Assembly: GCA_030324005.1 (NCBI GenBank)
Contig: JARDVH010000128.1
Location: forward strand, 7,907,563-7,971,562
Reading direction: 5' to 3'
Origin: Negaprion brevirostris
Taxonomy: Eukaryota
DNA length: 64,000 bases
Position numbers and translations under genes: made by a program. The first letter of the stretch is position 1. Every line of letters starts with the position of its first letter. Positions 25,215-39,068 of the stretch are shown piece after piece. Below the pieces are notes generated by a model that was not told the DNA's origin, ran no database searches, and saw nothing but the letters and a program-made list of their open reading frames with translations.

Positions 25215-26899
25215 GTAAGTCATTGAGTTTTATATTTGAAAATTTTGGCTCGTTATATTAATCAGTGATATAAAAATTAGACAAACTATGCAAATTGTTT
25301 CATTTAAATGTGATAAGCAGCTGGATTTTCCTGTCATCAACAATGTGAGAGCGCTCCCACTGACATCAAAGTTGCTCACAAAGTTCGACTGATCTTCATA
25401 CCATAGATTTTCCTTTTCCCAACACCATTTGGAACATATGCCAAGTCAAGGTGATCTCCACTCATCCAGCAATAATGATATCATCAAGCGGGGCAAACAG
25501 CTAATCACATTGAAGCTTTCTCCCGGAAGTTTGAGGCACCGATTATCCTTCCCTTTTTAATATGACTTCACGGAGTATTAAAGACTTAAAGGTGTACGTG
25601 GGATTAAGGTAGTGTTAAGAGATAGTTTAAGTAATCTATATTTGTACTGTGTGTGTTCGAAGTAAGATATGGGGGGAGTCTCTGGGCCCACTAACTCTGG
25701 TCATGAATCACGATGGCCAAGAGAATCAACGGAAAAGTGGATTTTGTGCCAAGCAACAAACCTTCTGAGATCATCTCAGGCCCCGCTGCCAATCTCAATC
25801 AGATACCCGCTCGTAGCAGGAAGTAACTCAATGCGTATTCAAAACCACGGAACTAAATATAATTAGTGGTCTTGCAGCCTGAGCCAAATGGTTCTTGCTA
25901 TTCACCTGGCCTCCTCAGCGGAATCTGCAGCAGGCAAGCTTTTATACGTTCTTACAAGCAAGGATCTGATGGATTGAATCCCAGGGGTCGAAGAAGCACC
26001 ACCAACTAACCCCTCAGCAGTGAAAGGCATCCTCCCATCCCCTAACACCGTACACGCATGAGGTTTATCCCCCCCACCCCCACATTCGGCCTCAGACTCC
26101 CACTCAGCGTCCCTTCGGGCCAAGCACCTCGGCAGTGCCAACACTCCCTCCTGGCACTAACACCCTGTTGCCTGGAGCCCGTGGGGCAGTGTAGACAGAG
26201 GTTAATCCTAATGAGAACATAAGAAATAGGAGCAGGAGTAGGCCATCCAGCCCTTCGAGCCTGNNNNNNNNNNNNNNNNNNNNNNNNNNNNNNNNNNNNN
26301 NNNNNNNNNNNNNNNNNNNNNNNNNNNNNNNNNNNNNNNNNNNNNNNNNNNNNNNNNNNNNNNNNNNNNNNNNNNNNNNNNNNNNNNNNNNNNNNNNNNN
26401 NNNNNNNNNNNNNNNNNNNNNNNNNNNNNNNNNNNNNNNNNNNNNNNNNNNNNNNNNNNNNNNNNNNNNNNNNNNNNNNNNNNNNNNNNNNNNNNNNNNN
26501 NNNNNNNNNNNNNNNNNNNNNNNNNNNNNNNNNNNNNNNNNNNNNNNNNNNNNNNNNNNNNNNNNNNNNNNNNNNNNNNNNNNNNNNNNNNNNNNNNNNN
26601 NNNNNNNNNNNNNNNNNNNNNNNNNNNNNNNNNNNNNNNNNNNNNNNNNNNNNNNNNNNNNNNNNNNNNNNNNNNNNNNNNNNNNNNNNNNNNNNNNNNN
26701 NNNNNNNNNNNNNNNNNNNNNNNNNNNNNNNNNNNNNNNNNNNNNNNNNNNNNNNNNNNNNNNNNNNNNNNNNNNNNNNNNNNNNNNNNNNNNNNNNNNN
26801 NNNNNNNNNNNNNNNNNNGTGGCGACTAGGGGATTTTCACAGTGACTTCATTGCAGTATTATTGTAAGACTACTTGTGACACTAATAAATTAAACTTTA

Positions 26900-27870
26900 G
26901 AGGCCCACACTGAAAATCAAAAGCACTTGAGCTTTCAGTTAGAACTTAGCAACCGAGAGCCAAAAAGCATACCACAGGCTGCCAGTATAGGCATGAGGGA
27001 CAGAAAGCAAGTCCTGGAAGCAAAAGAACAAGAAGCCCCAGAAACCAGAGAGGTCCAGGAAGTTAAAGGAACAGAAAACTGGGAAAAGAAAGTTCTGTTC
27101 AATGAAGTCAGAAGCAGAGAGAGGGAGGCTTCCAGTTTAAAACAGGGATGCACAGTACAGACCTGGAAGCATTGGCTAGCAAGAAATGAGACATCCTAAG
27201 GTGGTGATCCTGAGGTTGGTGACACCTTTAATACAGCCTGTGAAGTAGTAATACACTCTGATGTGGCTGGATACCTAAGAGATAGTGTGGAATCTTGAAT
27301 CCGTGTGGCGATCATGGGCAGAGGAATACTGAAAGGAGAGGTTGAAACTCTGGATGTATATCCTCGGTGAAGATCCAAGATGAAGTGTTGCGTCGGAGAA
27401 GGTTCCAAGGTCTGTCCTTTGAAAGTGGAGTTTGGAAACCCTCGTTTGTAAGCTAGAGTTCCAGTGAGACTTGTTGGCTCTATGTAATAAGCATTGGGGA
27501 ATTTTATGAGAAATCCACAGAAGTTGTTTTGAGTGGTCTTGTTACTTGGTTTCAGAGTGTGGTGTGTCTGACCACATTTTGCCTATTGGTTTACGTGGAC
27601 TGTGCATTTCTGAGAACATTAGAATATAAGATTTTGTAACTTGTGTCATCCTTCTAAATCTGTCTAAAAGTGTAACTGGGGTGAAAGAGTAGAGTATTGT
27701 AGTTAATATTTTCTTGTTAAGTAATGTTTCATTCTTTTGTTATGAGTTAATCATTTCTGTGACTTTACTCATCTACATCTCTAACCAAAAAATAAAAGCT
27801 AGGATCTATCGAATGAGGTTCCACAGTGGGACCTGACTGTCCAGTAGTAACATTAGCTGGGTTTGTAACA
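26900..27870 (+). mobile_element. Probable solo LTR (3' part; 5' end likely near 25640, interrupted by MITE/CR1/SINE and a gap)
   Basis: LTR-like composition, aataaa near 27790 and terminal ...agctgggtttgtaaca. Flanked by halves of a Harbinger-like non-autonomous element. Confidence 0.45.
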
Positions 27871-29606
27871 GTAGACAAGTGAACATCTTAAAAACCTTTT
27901 ATAGAAGTGAAAAATGTGCAATTTTTATCATTATGTAGAAATTTCACAGAGCTAAAAAATAAGTTTTCAGGCCAATGAAGCTGTTCACCTGTAATTAATA
28001 AGTTAGTACCCCATAAAATACTCAAATGAGCCTCATCATCGAGGTGCAATTTTTTCGAGAATTTTTACAGCAAGACTAACAGCCGGTCAGGTTCTCATCA
28101 GTTCAGTTATTTCTATTTGATTGCAATGTAGGGGCTTCAAAAGCACATGCTTTGGTGAAGCATTAAATCGTTGACTGCAACTTCCAGATTTCCACATTAA
28201 ACTGTATGTATGCAAATTCCAGAAGTTAATATAAGTTTCAGAGAAGTAATAAACGTGAACAATTTCACCATCGTTGCCACTGCAAAGTCCAAACCACGGA
28301 TTAACAATTCTTCCGATTAGTATACAAAAATTAAATTCTGATTTTGAAGGACCACTCTTGGATTTTAGACATATTTGAGGTTGTATTATCCTTTTTATCA
28401 AACACTTAAGATGTTGGCTAATACAATTACAGTCGATTTTGCAATTTTGTAACAGCTAGCCTTTGAACGACATCAAGATTACATGACATATTGTGAGATA
28501 TTTTTCCACAAATACAACAAAATTGAATATATTACGCAGGAGAATCAAGCCAAAGAACATGCATCAAATAACAAATACTGTAAATGACGAGATGTTTGTG
28601 ATTTTATTAACATGATGACAGAAATATTATGCTTATGAAAGAATATTAGTAACGGGTTTATTGAATATAAATGGAATCCAAAATAAGCCACTGCCAATTG
28701 GCAGGAACAGTCTGACATTAGGGATCTCATAAATGTAAGTATATATACACCAAAAAAAACTAATTTCTATCCCTGGAGATTCTGAAACTGTGGAGCAAGC
28801 AGAACTTGGCCTTCTCACTCCCAAAGGAAAGATTTTGGTTAATATGATTTAACTACTTCCAACACATGCTTAAGTAATCAATGAAGAGTTGAAGTGAAGC
28901 AACCATATGCTTGGAAGCACTAGTTTTTGTTGTGAGACAGATTCCATTATAGATGGTAGCTAATTTCTATGTCACAAAAGAATGCTGCAAAATTGATTCC
29001 TTTATTTGTTAACTCCCACTAAACTATTTTTTACAATTTAATGTACGTTGTCTTTTGGACAGAATTACTCAGTAAACTTTATAATCACACATTTTTATTT
29101 TACAAAAAACATACAATGAAAGCACATAAAATAAATAATTTACAATAAATGTTCAATTTAATTCCAAGAAATTGTGATCTTGATGCCAACTAAAGTAAAA
29201 TCGTTTACACTTTGCTTCTTTTAAAAACACGCGGATAATTTCTGTTTTCATTGTGCTTCATCGGTATTAACAAAGTGCTAAGGTATGTGCTAATAAAGAA
29301 AATAATTGTGTGACTCCAGTTAGTGATTAAATGTGAGATACCCAAGATGATACCACTATTTATTGTGCTATTTTGTACTATTGCTATGCAATTACACTTA
29401 CTTGTACATTTCTTTGAAGTGTCTTGTGATGCACGCATTGTAGACATTTTACTTAATAAGTAAATGGACAGCCAGCATTTTCTCTTCTGTATACAACTCA
29501 GTGTGAATCACTTAGCTATAATTAGTTGTGAGCTGGATTTCTGTATTGTGCATTCCTTTTATTTATGTAAGAGAGGAACAGTTTACATATTTTCATTGGT
29601 TTGCAG

Positions 29607-29760
29607 TGCATTCTATTGTGGATGTTTTCACTGTGCAGCAGTTGAAAAATAAACTAATGGACAAAGTCGGCAAGTCGGAACCCATCTACGGAATCGTATA
29701 TGCGTACATTACTATGTTTAATATTGATTCTGACAATTCAAAGATAATTAAATCTAAATG
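29607..29760 (+). CDS. MEIOB: MEIOB coding exon
   Basis: ttgcag|TG..AAATG|gtaaga. LHSIVDVFTVQQLKNKLMDKVGKSEPIYGIVYAYITMFNIDSDNSKIIKSKC. Confidence 0.96.
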
Positions 29761-30738
29761 GTAAGAGTGTCATTATTTACTTTAAATGCGAATATTAAAA
29801 ATGGCAGAAACAATTTTGCTTGGTGCTGTATCAAATGTAAACGTCGTCTGTTCAATATATAAAAGCACAGTTAGGACTAAGGAAAATAATATTTATTTAG
29901 TTTTACTGTTTTCTTGACAAAAATATTTGACAGTTTTGCTAACCCATCAAATCTGCACATTCTCCTATTTGTGTATATCCATTTCACGTCCTGGGTGGGG
30001 TTAGCTAGCTTGGATGTTACTGGATATAGAATTCATCCTATTGCCGAAACAATTTTGCTAAACTTGAAGATTNNNNNNNAGTAGAAATTACAATGTAAGC
30101 AAAGGCTGTAAAATGAAGGTAGAATGAAAAAAACATTAAGGTCTGAGTCTTCTGATATTGGGAGCAGCGATCGTCTCAACTTAAGCTGCTGTTGTGCCTC
30201 GGGGCTCTGAGGAAGTCTCGATACGTGTACTGGTACATATGCCAAAAGTTTATACTCATGATTTCTGGTTTTACCCTACCGCAACTACTGCACAATTCCC
30301 GACAATATGATATGGCCATATTCATGCAGATGTGGGCAGTTTGTGCTACACTGTTCTGCTTTTTACACTGATTTACTTAGAACTGTTTAGCAGGTGTAAA
30401 GCCTGCTCAGGAGCGCAGCTCCAACTAAATTAGCTGGAGCAGTCCTTTGAAGGAACTGAAAATTGTGAAAGCAGAATCGTTACCAGTAACTGCTGTCCAA
30501 AGGAAAATGGGAATAGTGGCTATGATCTGAAATTGTGGAATTTGAGTCCAGGAAGTTGTAAAGTGGCTAATTGAAAGATTAGTCGCTGTTCCAAAAAATT
30601 CCACGAGATTATTTAGGACAGATGTCAGGATGAAGTAGAATGCAGCATCAAAATGGTGAGCAACAATTGTAAAATTATGCTGTATTCCAATGGTATTTGA
30701 CAAGAATCTTAAACTGCATAATTTTTTGTTTATTAAAG

Positions 30739-30928
30739 TGGCAGATGCAGATTTTTGATTGATATGGAATCAAATGTATGCACAAATCCTTCCTGTTCAT
30801 CTGGCGCAATGAACCCTTCAAGTATTATCACCAGTTTTGATTTCTGGGTGGATGTGTCTGACCATACAGGCACTCTTCAGTCATGTAACTTGTCAGGAAG
30901 CACAGCTGAAAAAACTCTTGGCTACACA
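30739..30928 (+). CDS. MEIOB: MEIOB coding exon (zinc-ribbon region of C-terminal OB fold)
   Basis: ttaaag|T..ACA|gtaagt. GRCRFLIDMESNVCTNPSC...DVSDHTGTLQSCNLSGSTAEKTLGYT. Confidence 0.96.
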
Positions 30929-31163
30929 GTAAGTATCTGGAATTTGAGAGTTTTTGATTGAAGTTGCAATATGGGGACTGATACTCTTTTCGTCAGTGTC
31001 CTTTTACTACAGTGATTCTCAAACCGGAGTATGAAGATAACTTTTTTTGTGATCTGCGAGATAATGTGAAACATGAGAAACACATCTTGAGAAAATATCT
31101 GTTTACTCAAAGGTATTATTAAAATATTTTCTTTATGCTACACTTTCATGTTATAAAGGTTAT

Positions 31164-33255
31164 GGGCAGAATTCTCCCAAAAACAATTCCCTTGTTGAAC
31201 GAGAGCCTTGAGCATTACGCTCCCTGGACGCAGTACCTTGTTGAATAGAGCCAATCAGAAGCTTGGGAGATGGCTAACCCTCGATTGAAACCAGGATCCC
31301 TTTACATTTCTCACAAGGATTTTTTACTGACGGGCCCACGACTGACCCAAACTGCATTCCCCTAACAAGCTGGAACTGTGTATAAGCTGCAATGATGGAC
31401 ACACAGCCAGTCACACCGGGAAGCTGGCTGGAAAGAAACCTGCCCCGAAGTTCTCCGAGGCTGACCAGGCTTGCTGGATGCAGTGAAGGAGAGGTGCCAG
31501 CTGCTGTTCTCCATTCAGGGGCATTGCCAAGGGGTCACGCTGCAAACGCATTATGGAGGGAGGTGGCAACTGCAGTTAATGCCAGGACCTTGACACCTCA
31601 GTCCAGGGAACAGTGTCAGAAGAAATTAAAATGACCTTCAAGCATTGACGGTGAGTGTGCATCCCATTCTGAAACCTGTACCTGTGCCCTGGAGCTGGCA
31701 GGGAGAGAATCAATGCCTAGAATGGTGACCGGCATGCAAGTGACCATCAGCTCAACTCTCTTCTTTGAAGTAAGTACTATGCTACGTGGAATGCTTTCCC
31801 TCCCTTCCCCTAATGTGTGTTCTTTGTTACACTCCTGGACCCTGATGCGTCAAGCCTTTCAGGTATCAGCAGCCCCCCTGCTGCTCACGAAGAAACTCCC
31901 TCAGACACCTCGGACAACACCTCAAAGAGAAGCCTTGAAAATTTCTCCGAGGACAGCATGAATGATTCGGCACAGGCATCAACCACACAACCCACCAACA
32001 CAAGAGACTATCTCGACAGTGGGTCATTTTAGTGCTGAGGCTTCTGGGTCACTTCCTGGTGAGCACACCACAGTTGCCGATGAACATCGGGCAAAGGCAG
32101 ACATATCTGAGGGCTCGGGCACACAAGAGTCTGCAGGAGGCGAGGAATTAGCTGGTTCCAAGCCAGAGGCCGGACCTCAGGGCTTGTTCCTTGCGAAGCT
32201 GGTGGAAATGCATCAGAAAATCCAGGGACTTGTGGATGGGCTGTCAGCAGCCATGCTGTGACTGCAAGGCTGTTTAGAGGAGTCAAACAGATGCTGTTGC
32301 AGGAAATGGTGCCGGCACAGCACGGTAACCAAGCCAACACCGCAAGGGTGGCATCCGCACTGTAAATACTGGGTCAAAGATTAGGCCTCGTGGATGACAG
32401 GATTCAGGCCATCGTGGAGACACAGCGGGCCACGGCTGAGGGTGTCACTGGCATTCAGGAGGCACATCGGTCTGTCGTGGACATCAGGAGCATATTGGAG
32501 ACACTGTCGGTCGTGGCTGGGACTCTCGTCGGCCTTCAGGAGAGATAGCAAACCGTGGCTGTGAGCCTCAACAACTTAGCCCAGTCTCAGAGGGCTAATG
32601 CTGAGGGGCACTAGAGCCCGGCACGCTCACAGAATGCTACAGCAGAGGGGCTCCAAAGCTCGGCCTAGTCTCATACGCGGCAGACGTATCTGGGTCTCCA
32701 GGACTGGCAGGACCAGGTGACGCCGGAGCTTCTGGAACTCAGTCCAACTACCCCGGCGTCCCATGGAGTACCTCTTGGGCCCGTGGGCACCTTGAGGGAA
32801 GAGGAAGGGCCTTCCGCCCAGGAAACTCTGGGCATCCCAAGATCTTCCGATTCNNNNNNNNNNNNNNNNNNNNNNNNNNNNNNNNNNNNNNNNNNNNNNN
32901 NNNNNNNNNNNNNNNNNNNNNNNNNNNNNNNNNNNNNNNNNNNNNNNNNNNNNCTGCCGAGTCCGCCCCCCCCCCCCGCCCGCCCGCCCGCCTTCCTCAC
33001 ACTGGGCCAGCTGGATGAACGGTGTGGCACAGAAACATCAGTGTCATCTGCAAGTCAGCCAGGACCGTCCAGGTATCTGCCACCGAGGGACAGCTGCCAA
33101 GAGCATCAGAGGCAACGGGGCCTGGATCACAGCTGGATACATCCATCTCTGATGTGCATCCTAGGGTAGCACCTAGGAGAAGCAATAAGCTCCACGAGAT
33201 TAGAAAGTTGTAGGTACTCTTAAGTGCGCGCAGATGAAAGTCAGCAGTAGTCAAT
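31164..33255 (+). mobile_element. Harbinger derivative with spliced Myb/SANT ORF and heptad-repeat region
   Basis: Starts gggcagaattctccc. KPAPKFSEAD..LLDAVKER..ALWREVATAVNARTLTPQSREQCQKKL, then a gtgagt donor at ~31651. Coiled-coil repeats at 32385-32690. The 3' end is homologous to the other copies. Confidence 0.8.
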
Positions 33256-33269
33256 CTTTTTGACTGACC

Positions 33270-34240
33270 AAATAAACGAAACTAAGTTAACTAAGGGACG
33301 AATTAAAAGAGGCAGCCCTCAAAAAGAAATAAAAATCAAAGTAGAAAGGAAACATAAAACATCAAACTAAAATGTGATTAAAGGGATCAATAATACACCC
33401 CATTCCCTGCGGTGCCCACCGGCACGGAAGGCCTCAGTAGTGCCCAGAGACACCCGGCCGCAAACATAGTTACGGTAGAGGGGCAGAGAGTCGAGCCGGA
33501 CAATCTCCTCGGTCGCCTGCTGCCCGGATCAATTAATGGCAAGTTTGGCCAGGCCCACCAGCAAATGCATGAGGAGGTCTTCCACCTTCCCACCCCCTTT
33601 TTGCGCTGGGTGTCTGTAGATCAGGAGCATGGGACTGAAGTGCAAACGCAACATGGTTTTTAAGGTAAGTAAAAAGGGAGTGCAGCTTATAATGCTCGAC
33701 ATAGACGCAGTTCACAGATTCCACAAGATTGCAAAAAGGGCACGTCGCTTCGGAGCCCATAAACCTACAGTTGTATGGGACTGCTGCATGCACCATCCTC
33801 CACCCTAGGCCCCCAAGATAATGGGGTAGGATCCCTCCACAGAGGGACCTCCAGTGGGGACCTCCATCGCTGGACAGCAACAAGGCGTGCCGAGGTGTAT
33901 CTGGGCGGTGAACGAAGGCAAGGTAGTGAAAGATGTGCAGCGACGACGCATACTGGAAACTCATCCATGCCACGGCAAAGGGCATGGGAGGGCATTTCCG
34001 TGAAGTCGCTCAAACTGTGGGGTGCCTGACCCGGGGAAGGAGGTTAAGAATTCTGGGTCCAATGTGAAATTCCATCCGAGCGGGGTTACACTATGACAGA
34101 ATTCCACCGCACAGTTGAGCCTCCTCGAGGCCACGTGTAATTTCGGGTCTGAGCAGGACCTCTCTAAGGTCTTGGATCACACTGGCTGCGAGCCAGAAGT
34201 CAGCAGTCGATCAATTGGTTGTGCAAAAGCCATCTCGTCA
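33270..34240 (-). mobile_element. Tx1-clade LINE ORF2 3' fragment
   Basis: GPHWRSL..LGWRMVHAAVP..ATCPFCNLVESVNCVYVE..LHSLFTYLK and LLVGLAKLAIN (zf-RVT-type C-terminus). Confidence 0.75.
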
Positions 34241-34334
34241 NNNNNNNNNNNNNNNNNNTGGGGGGGCAGTGGGTTGTTGGGGTTGGAAAAGGGGAGAGAC
34301 AAAGGTTAAAAAACTCCGCTTGCCCCCAGCCGAG

Positions 34335-34520
34335 CAATACACATTCCCCAAATTCCCTCCACATCTCCCCAGCAACACCCACATCCCACACATCATTCCC
34401 CACAAAACACACTGTCCATCCCCCTCCAACAAAACACATTTCCTATACCCCATTCCACAGCCCTCCAGAATGGCAACATAGCCACCCCATTCTGCCCCAC
34501 TCAAACACACACCCACAATC
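34335..34520. repeat. C/A-rich low-complexity tract (cacattcccc-like units)
   Basis: Repeated acacattcccc/ccacatcccc motifs. Confidence 0.6.
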
Positions 34521-36149
34521 ATACAGTAATGGCCGCTTAGTCCTGAGGCTGCAGCACTGTCACTTCAGAGAGTTTCCAGCCCATCCCCCACCAGCAACAA
34601 TGCTTGCTGCTGCCAGCACTAGGATCCAGAATCAGTGTTGAGACCCAAGGTCAGCGTTCTGACCCGGGTTCTTGCTGAGAATCTGAAGTCCAACCCTGTG
34701 AGCAAAGCGTCTGAATCTGACTTTTACATTTAATGCTTTCCCGACTGATTTCCAGCTGCAGCAGACTAAGCTGTTAAGGTAAGTTGGGACGATGGAGAGT
34801 AAAGCTTGGTAACACTATGACAAATTCAAGAAAATGCAAAGCAATGTTTTGCCCTCTTTGGGCGAGATCCCAGTTCCTGATTTTTGAATTGATAAAATGG
34901 GAATGGACCCAGAATAGGCTAGTCACATCATGCCTGATTTTATTACTTTATTCTGCTGCAAAACGGGTGCAATAAGGTCGTAAAATTCCACCCAGGGTCG
35001 AAGCTAATTGCACAAAACAGTTTGGAGTCTTTGGCCTGGGTCTTAACAGTCCATAGTAAATTTAATTAGTAATATCATTGAACAAACGTAAGATAATTTT
35101 GGTTTTAGTAGTATTACTGGCTTTCCTGGATATTGACATGAAACAATTTCACACACAAGTCTACACTGTTGGACCCAAGTGAGAGATCTGACTTTGATGA
35201 TCCAGCTGCACTGCCAGTCATAGTCCTCGATTCGAGAATTCCATAGTGTTGGTGAAGTTCCCTTATAGAAGGAAAGAAAACTGCATCCCTTCTGTATATG
35301 TCCTGCTTGTTCAACCGTCCAATTGTACATGTATTTACAAGTTATACTATCTGTGTAAGAGAAATTAAACAGAGCATAGGGATGCCCATTATGATTGTTG
35401 CTATTTGTTATGGGGATTTCTTTAGAGGATTCCATGAATAAGCATTTAATGATTGATAATGCTCACCAGTGTCATTTCGAGGGCAACTAAATACTGGCCA
35501 TTTCCTATGAATCAATAAAAAAAAGTTATGATTAAAGTAATGTTTGCGCCGTTAACTATGTGTATATCAGATAGGATTCAAAATTATAGCTGGCAGTCAT
35601 TAAATACGTATAAAATAAATTACCAATTGTTTGGGCTATTTTCAAAATTCCAGTACATTGTTTGGATGTTTTGTTCCCAATTCCACTACTGCCCACTGGT
35701 GGTGAGGACTCTTTGTTGCTTAATTCTGAATAAGTTTCCATCTTTATTTAAATCTAATAAATTGTTTTATGGACATGAGAAACGATTTACAGAATTCTTA
35801 ACCATCGAATGAAAATAAAAGCAATACCGTTGATTGGCACATTTTTTGACAAGTACCTTTAATTCTTAAAAGTAAACAGAAACAGGTTAGTTCTTTTAAC
35901 TTGAGACATTGTTTTTAAAATATTCTGCAGTTCTGAAATGATATTCTTGTGAATTTTTTACACAGCAAAATAACTCATTGTTCTTGCACAAAAGGATCTA
36001 ATATTAATTAGGGTGCAGTCATTAATAATTTTAACCCCCGTACCAATCCACATATATAGAATATTGCACTTTTGTTTCAAAATACATTTCATAGAATCCT
36101 TACAGTGGGAGGTAAATTTCACACGTATTAGTCACAGTTAACGAGGTAT

Positions 36150-37290
36150 AATATTTATTGGTAAAACTAACAGTGCAATAACATGAGAAGCTGGTAGTTA
36201 ACAGTGTAATATAACAGCTGGATGTGATCGTTGACAGTGCCTAATTCCCTAACTTAACTCATGCAGTCCATTACCCATGCCTTCTTGATGATCCTATAAC
36301 TTCTTTATTTTACATGGCCTAGCACTACATCGATATGTCCATTTCCTCCCCCCCATGACGCACGTCATAGGTGGAGGCGCAGCTGCTTTCCATGCCCCGT
36401 TGTCTGTGCTGCCCTTGGCGGATGTCCCCTGGAGTGCTGGGACCTGGAGAGCCCTGGCTGACTTTCTGGTGGCACTGGAGAATCCATGCCACCCTGTTCA
36501 TCCTACTGCCCTCGAGATCCATCGGTGTCAGGAAGGGGGGAGTCAGAATGCCTTACGACAGATGGAGTCTCCCAAGCCAGAGGCCCCATCACAGGCTGTA
36601 GCCTTTCCTCCTCCCTCGTGGTGCCAGTGGGCCCTGGGCCACTCCATGTTGTGGTGGAGCAGTTGGACTGAGCCCCAGCAGCCCAGCGTCACCTGGCCTT
36701 GCCAGTCCTGGAGGCCTAACTGCATTCACCTCATGGTGTGTTAGCACTCGGCGATGGTGTCTGAGTCTGGGCGAAGTTTTTCATATCTGCAGCAAGTGCC
36801 CTTTGAGAGGGTCAAGCTCTGCAGCCAGTCAGCCATGGCTCGCTGTCTGAGCCATGCCCTTGAGGCCTGCAGCCGTAGCCTGCCATATGTCGACTGTGGC
36901 CCACTGGGTCTCCAGGATGGTCATATACCCCTCAGCCATGGCCCGCTCTGACTTGGCCATGGCCTGCAGGGACTCAGCCATGCCTTGGACACTGCCACCC
37001 GTGGTGACCGTTTCCAGCCCCGAGTTTTCCACTGTGGATGCCACCTTGCAGGATTGTGCCAGCACTACCTCCTGCACGCAGAGACTGCTGTATTCCCCCC
37101 CTGCAGCCTCACAGTTGCTGTAGTGTTGCTGACAGTCCCTCCTCCATCTCCAGCAGCTCAAGGGAGACTTGAGGCTTCTCAGACCTACGCTTAGAAGGCA
37201 ATGAGAGCAGATACCTTTGAGGTCAAAGCTGAGGACCTGGATGTAGCACTGCAAGAAGTTCAGTGACCTCACGTGTATTGTCAAGATCAA
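36150..37290 (-). mobile_element. Harbinger Myb-ORF 3' exon remnant (antisense copy)
   Basis: VQEVVLAQ..VASTVE..QGMAESLQAMAKSERAMAEGY..LETQWAT..LGLQDWQGQVT is homologous to 32290-33210. Confidence 0.78.
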
Positions 37291-37793
37291 TGCATGTATC
37301 TTCAATTNNNNNNNNNNNNNNNNNNNNNNNNNNNNNNNNNNNNNNNNNNNNNNNNNNNNNNNNNNNNNNNNNNNNNNNNNNNNNNNNNNNNNNNNNNNNN
37401 NNNNNNNNNNNNNNNNNNNNNNNNNNNNNNNNNNNNNNNNNNNNNNNNNNNNNNNNNNNTATCTGTGTGTTCTATTCCAGTGGGGAAGAGCACGGGCCAT
37501 TATTGGGATAGCAATTGCTGAGACTATGGACAGCCTTTGGGCTGTAAACATCAAAGAAAATAGGATCCTTGTACTTAATCTTCCTTTTTATCTCCCATTT
37601 GCCCCTTATCCTATGCTGCAGAGCTTTAAAGGCTCAAAATGAGCAATAATAAGTCAAAAACTTTGCCTGGAACATTTTGAGAAACATTGTATTAAATCAC
37701 AGTATAACAACATGAGAAAATTTAGCTTATTAATTATGTAATGAATTAAGATTACACAACTGGTTACTGTTTATCTTATGCTGTAATTCCTAG

Positions 37794-37880
37794 ACTGATG
37801 AGTTTTGCGGTTTAACGGAAGAGCAGAAAACATCATTAAAGTGGAACTTCCTTTTAGAGAGATGCAAGATCTATCTAAAG
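37794..37880 (+). CDS. MEIOB: MEIOB coding exon
   Basis: cctag|ACT..AAG|gtttgg. TDEFCGLTEEQKTSLKWNFLLERCKIYLK. Confidence 0.96.
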
Positions 37881-38656
37881 GTTTGGATTTTATTCTTCCT
37901 TAAGTATTTTTTTTACTGCGGTTTCTGATTTTAATTTACAGCGTATAGCTGCAAATAACATGCATTTTAAAATAAAAATGAACAGTAACATCTGATAATG
38001 GCTGCAGTGCAAGGCTTTCAACGAAAGGAGCAATCCCTGGTGATCTGAGCACACCGGTTACATGATCTTTATACATACTGTACAACTGATCAGTTAGAAA
38101 GATCAACTTCAATACAGTAATCCAAGGCGATAAGGGAAAATGCTGGAAAGAAAGTCTTCAGTCCACTTCCTCTATGCAAGATGTACCCTAGTGTTCTTCC
38201 AGCAATGAGGTCTCTTCTACAGTTTGAGTAGTGGGCTCTTCCATAGTTACCTCATGGTCAGTGCTCAAACCTATATTCATTCAGTAAATATAGTTGGAGT
38301 GTGTCTGGTGAACATTTAATGGAAGCCCTGAAGATTTGAGTGCAATCTCAAAGAGAAGGATCACATAATCGTTCATATCTTTGGCACTCTTGGCTGCCTT
38401 AGCCTTTTGCCTCAAGGTATCTCAATTGCATGGTCAAGATTGATATGCAGGTGTTTGTTGACCATCGTGGCTATGTTGAACCTTGGGACCTGAACCTTCG
38501 TGGCCTTCTCCAACCTTAGTTACTGAACACAATGCAACATGGAGAGGATACAAGTCAGCTGGAGACTCACGTTTTCCATTTGCTTGCACAAGATCTCTTT
38601 CATAAACTCGTGAGATTGTCCTACTTGACTCAGTCTTCACACCTTTTCTTTTCCCC

Positions 38657-38935
38657 ACACAGTGGCGCAGGGGTTAGCACAGAGCCAGGGACCCTGATTT
38701 GGTTCCCGGCTTGCGTCACTGTCTGTGCGGAGTCTGGACGTTCTCCCTGTGTCTGCGTGGGTTTCCTCCGGGTGCCCTGGTTTCTTCCCGCAGTCTGAAA
38801 GACGTGCTGATTAGGTGCATTGGCCATGATAAATTCTCTGTCAGCGTACCCGAACAGGTGCAACTGGGGATTTTCACAGAAACTTTGTTGCGGTGCTAAT
38901 GTAAGTCTACTTGTGACATGAATAAAATAAACTTT
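38657..38935 (+). mobile_element. HE1-type SINE with alternative tail B
   Basis: SINE head and core, then aaattctctgtcagcgtacccgaacagg..ggggattttcacag..aatgtaagtctacttgtgacatgaataaa. Confidence 0.85.
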
Positions 38936-38944
38936 AAAAACTTT

Positions 38945-39068
38945 GGGGTGAATTTTCCTGTTCTGCCCGCCACAGGAATTATAGCGGGCAAGGAGTGGAC
39001 CGTGGAAAGGTCCATTGACGTTGAGCAGGATTTACCAGTTTCGGGGCGAGCACGATCCGAAAATCATG
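38945..39068. mobile_element. Harbinger-type MITE
   Basis: ggggtgaattttcc...cgaaaatcatgg; similar to the MITEs at 59599-59795 and 61917-62042. Confidence 0.55.
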
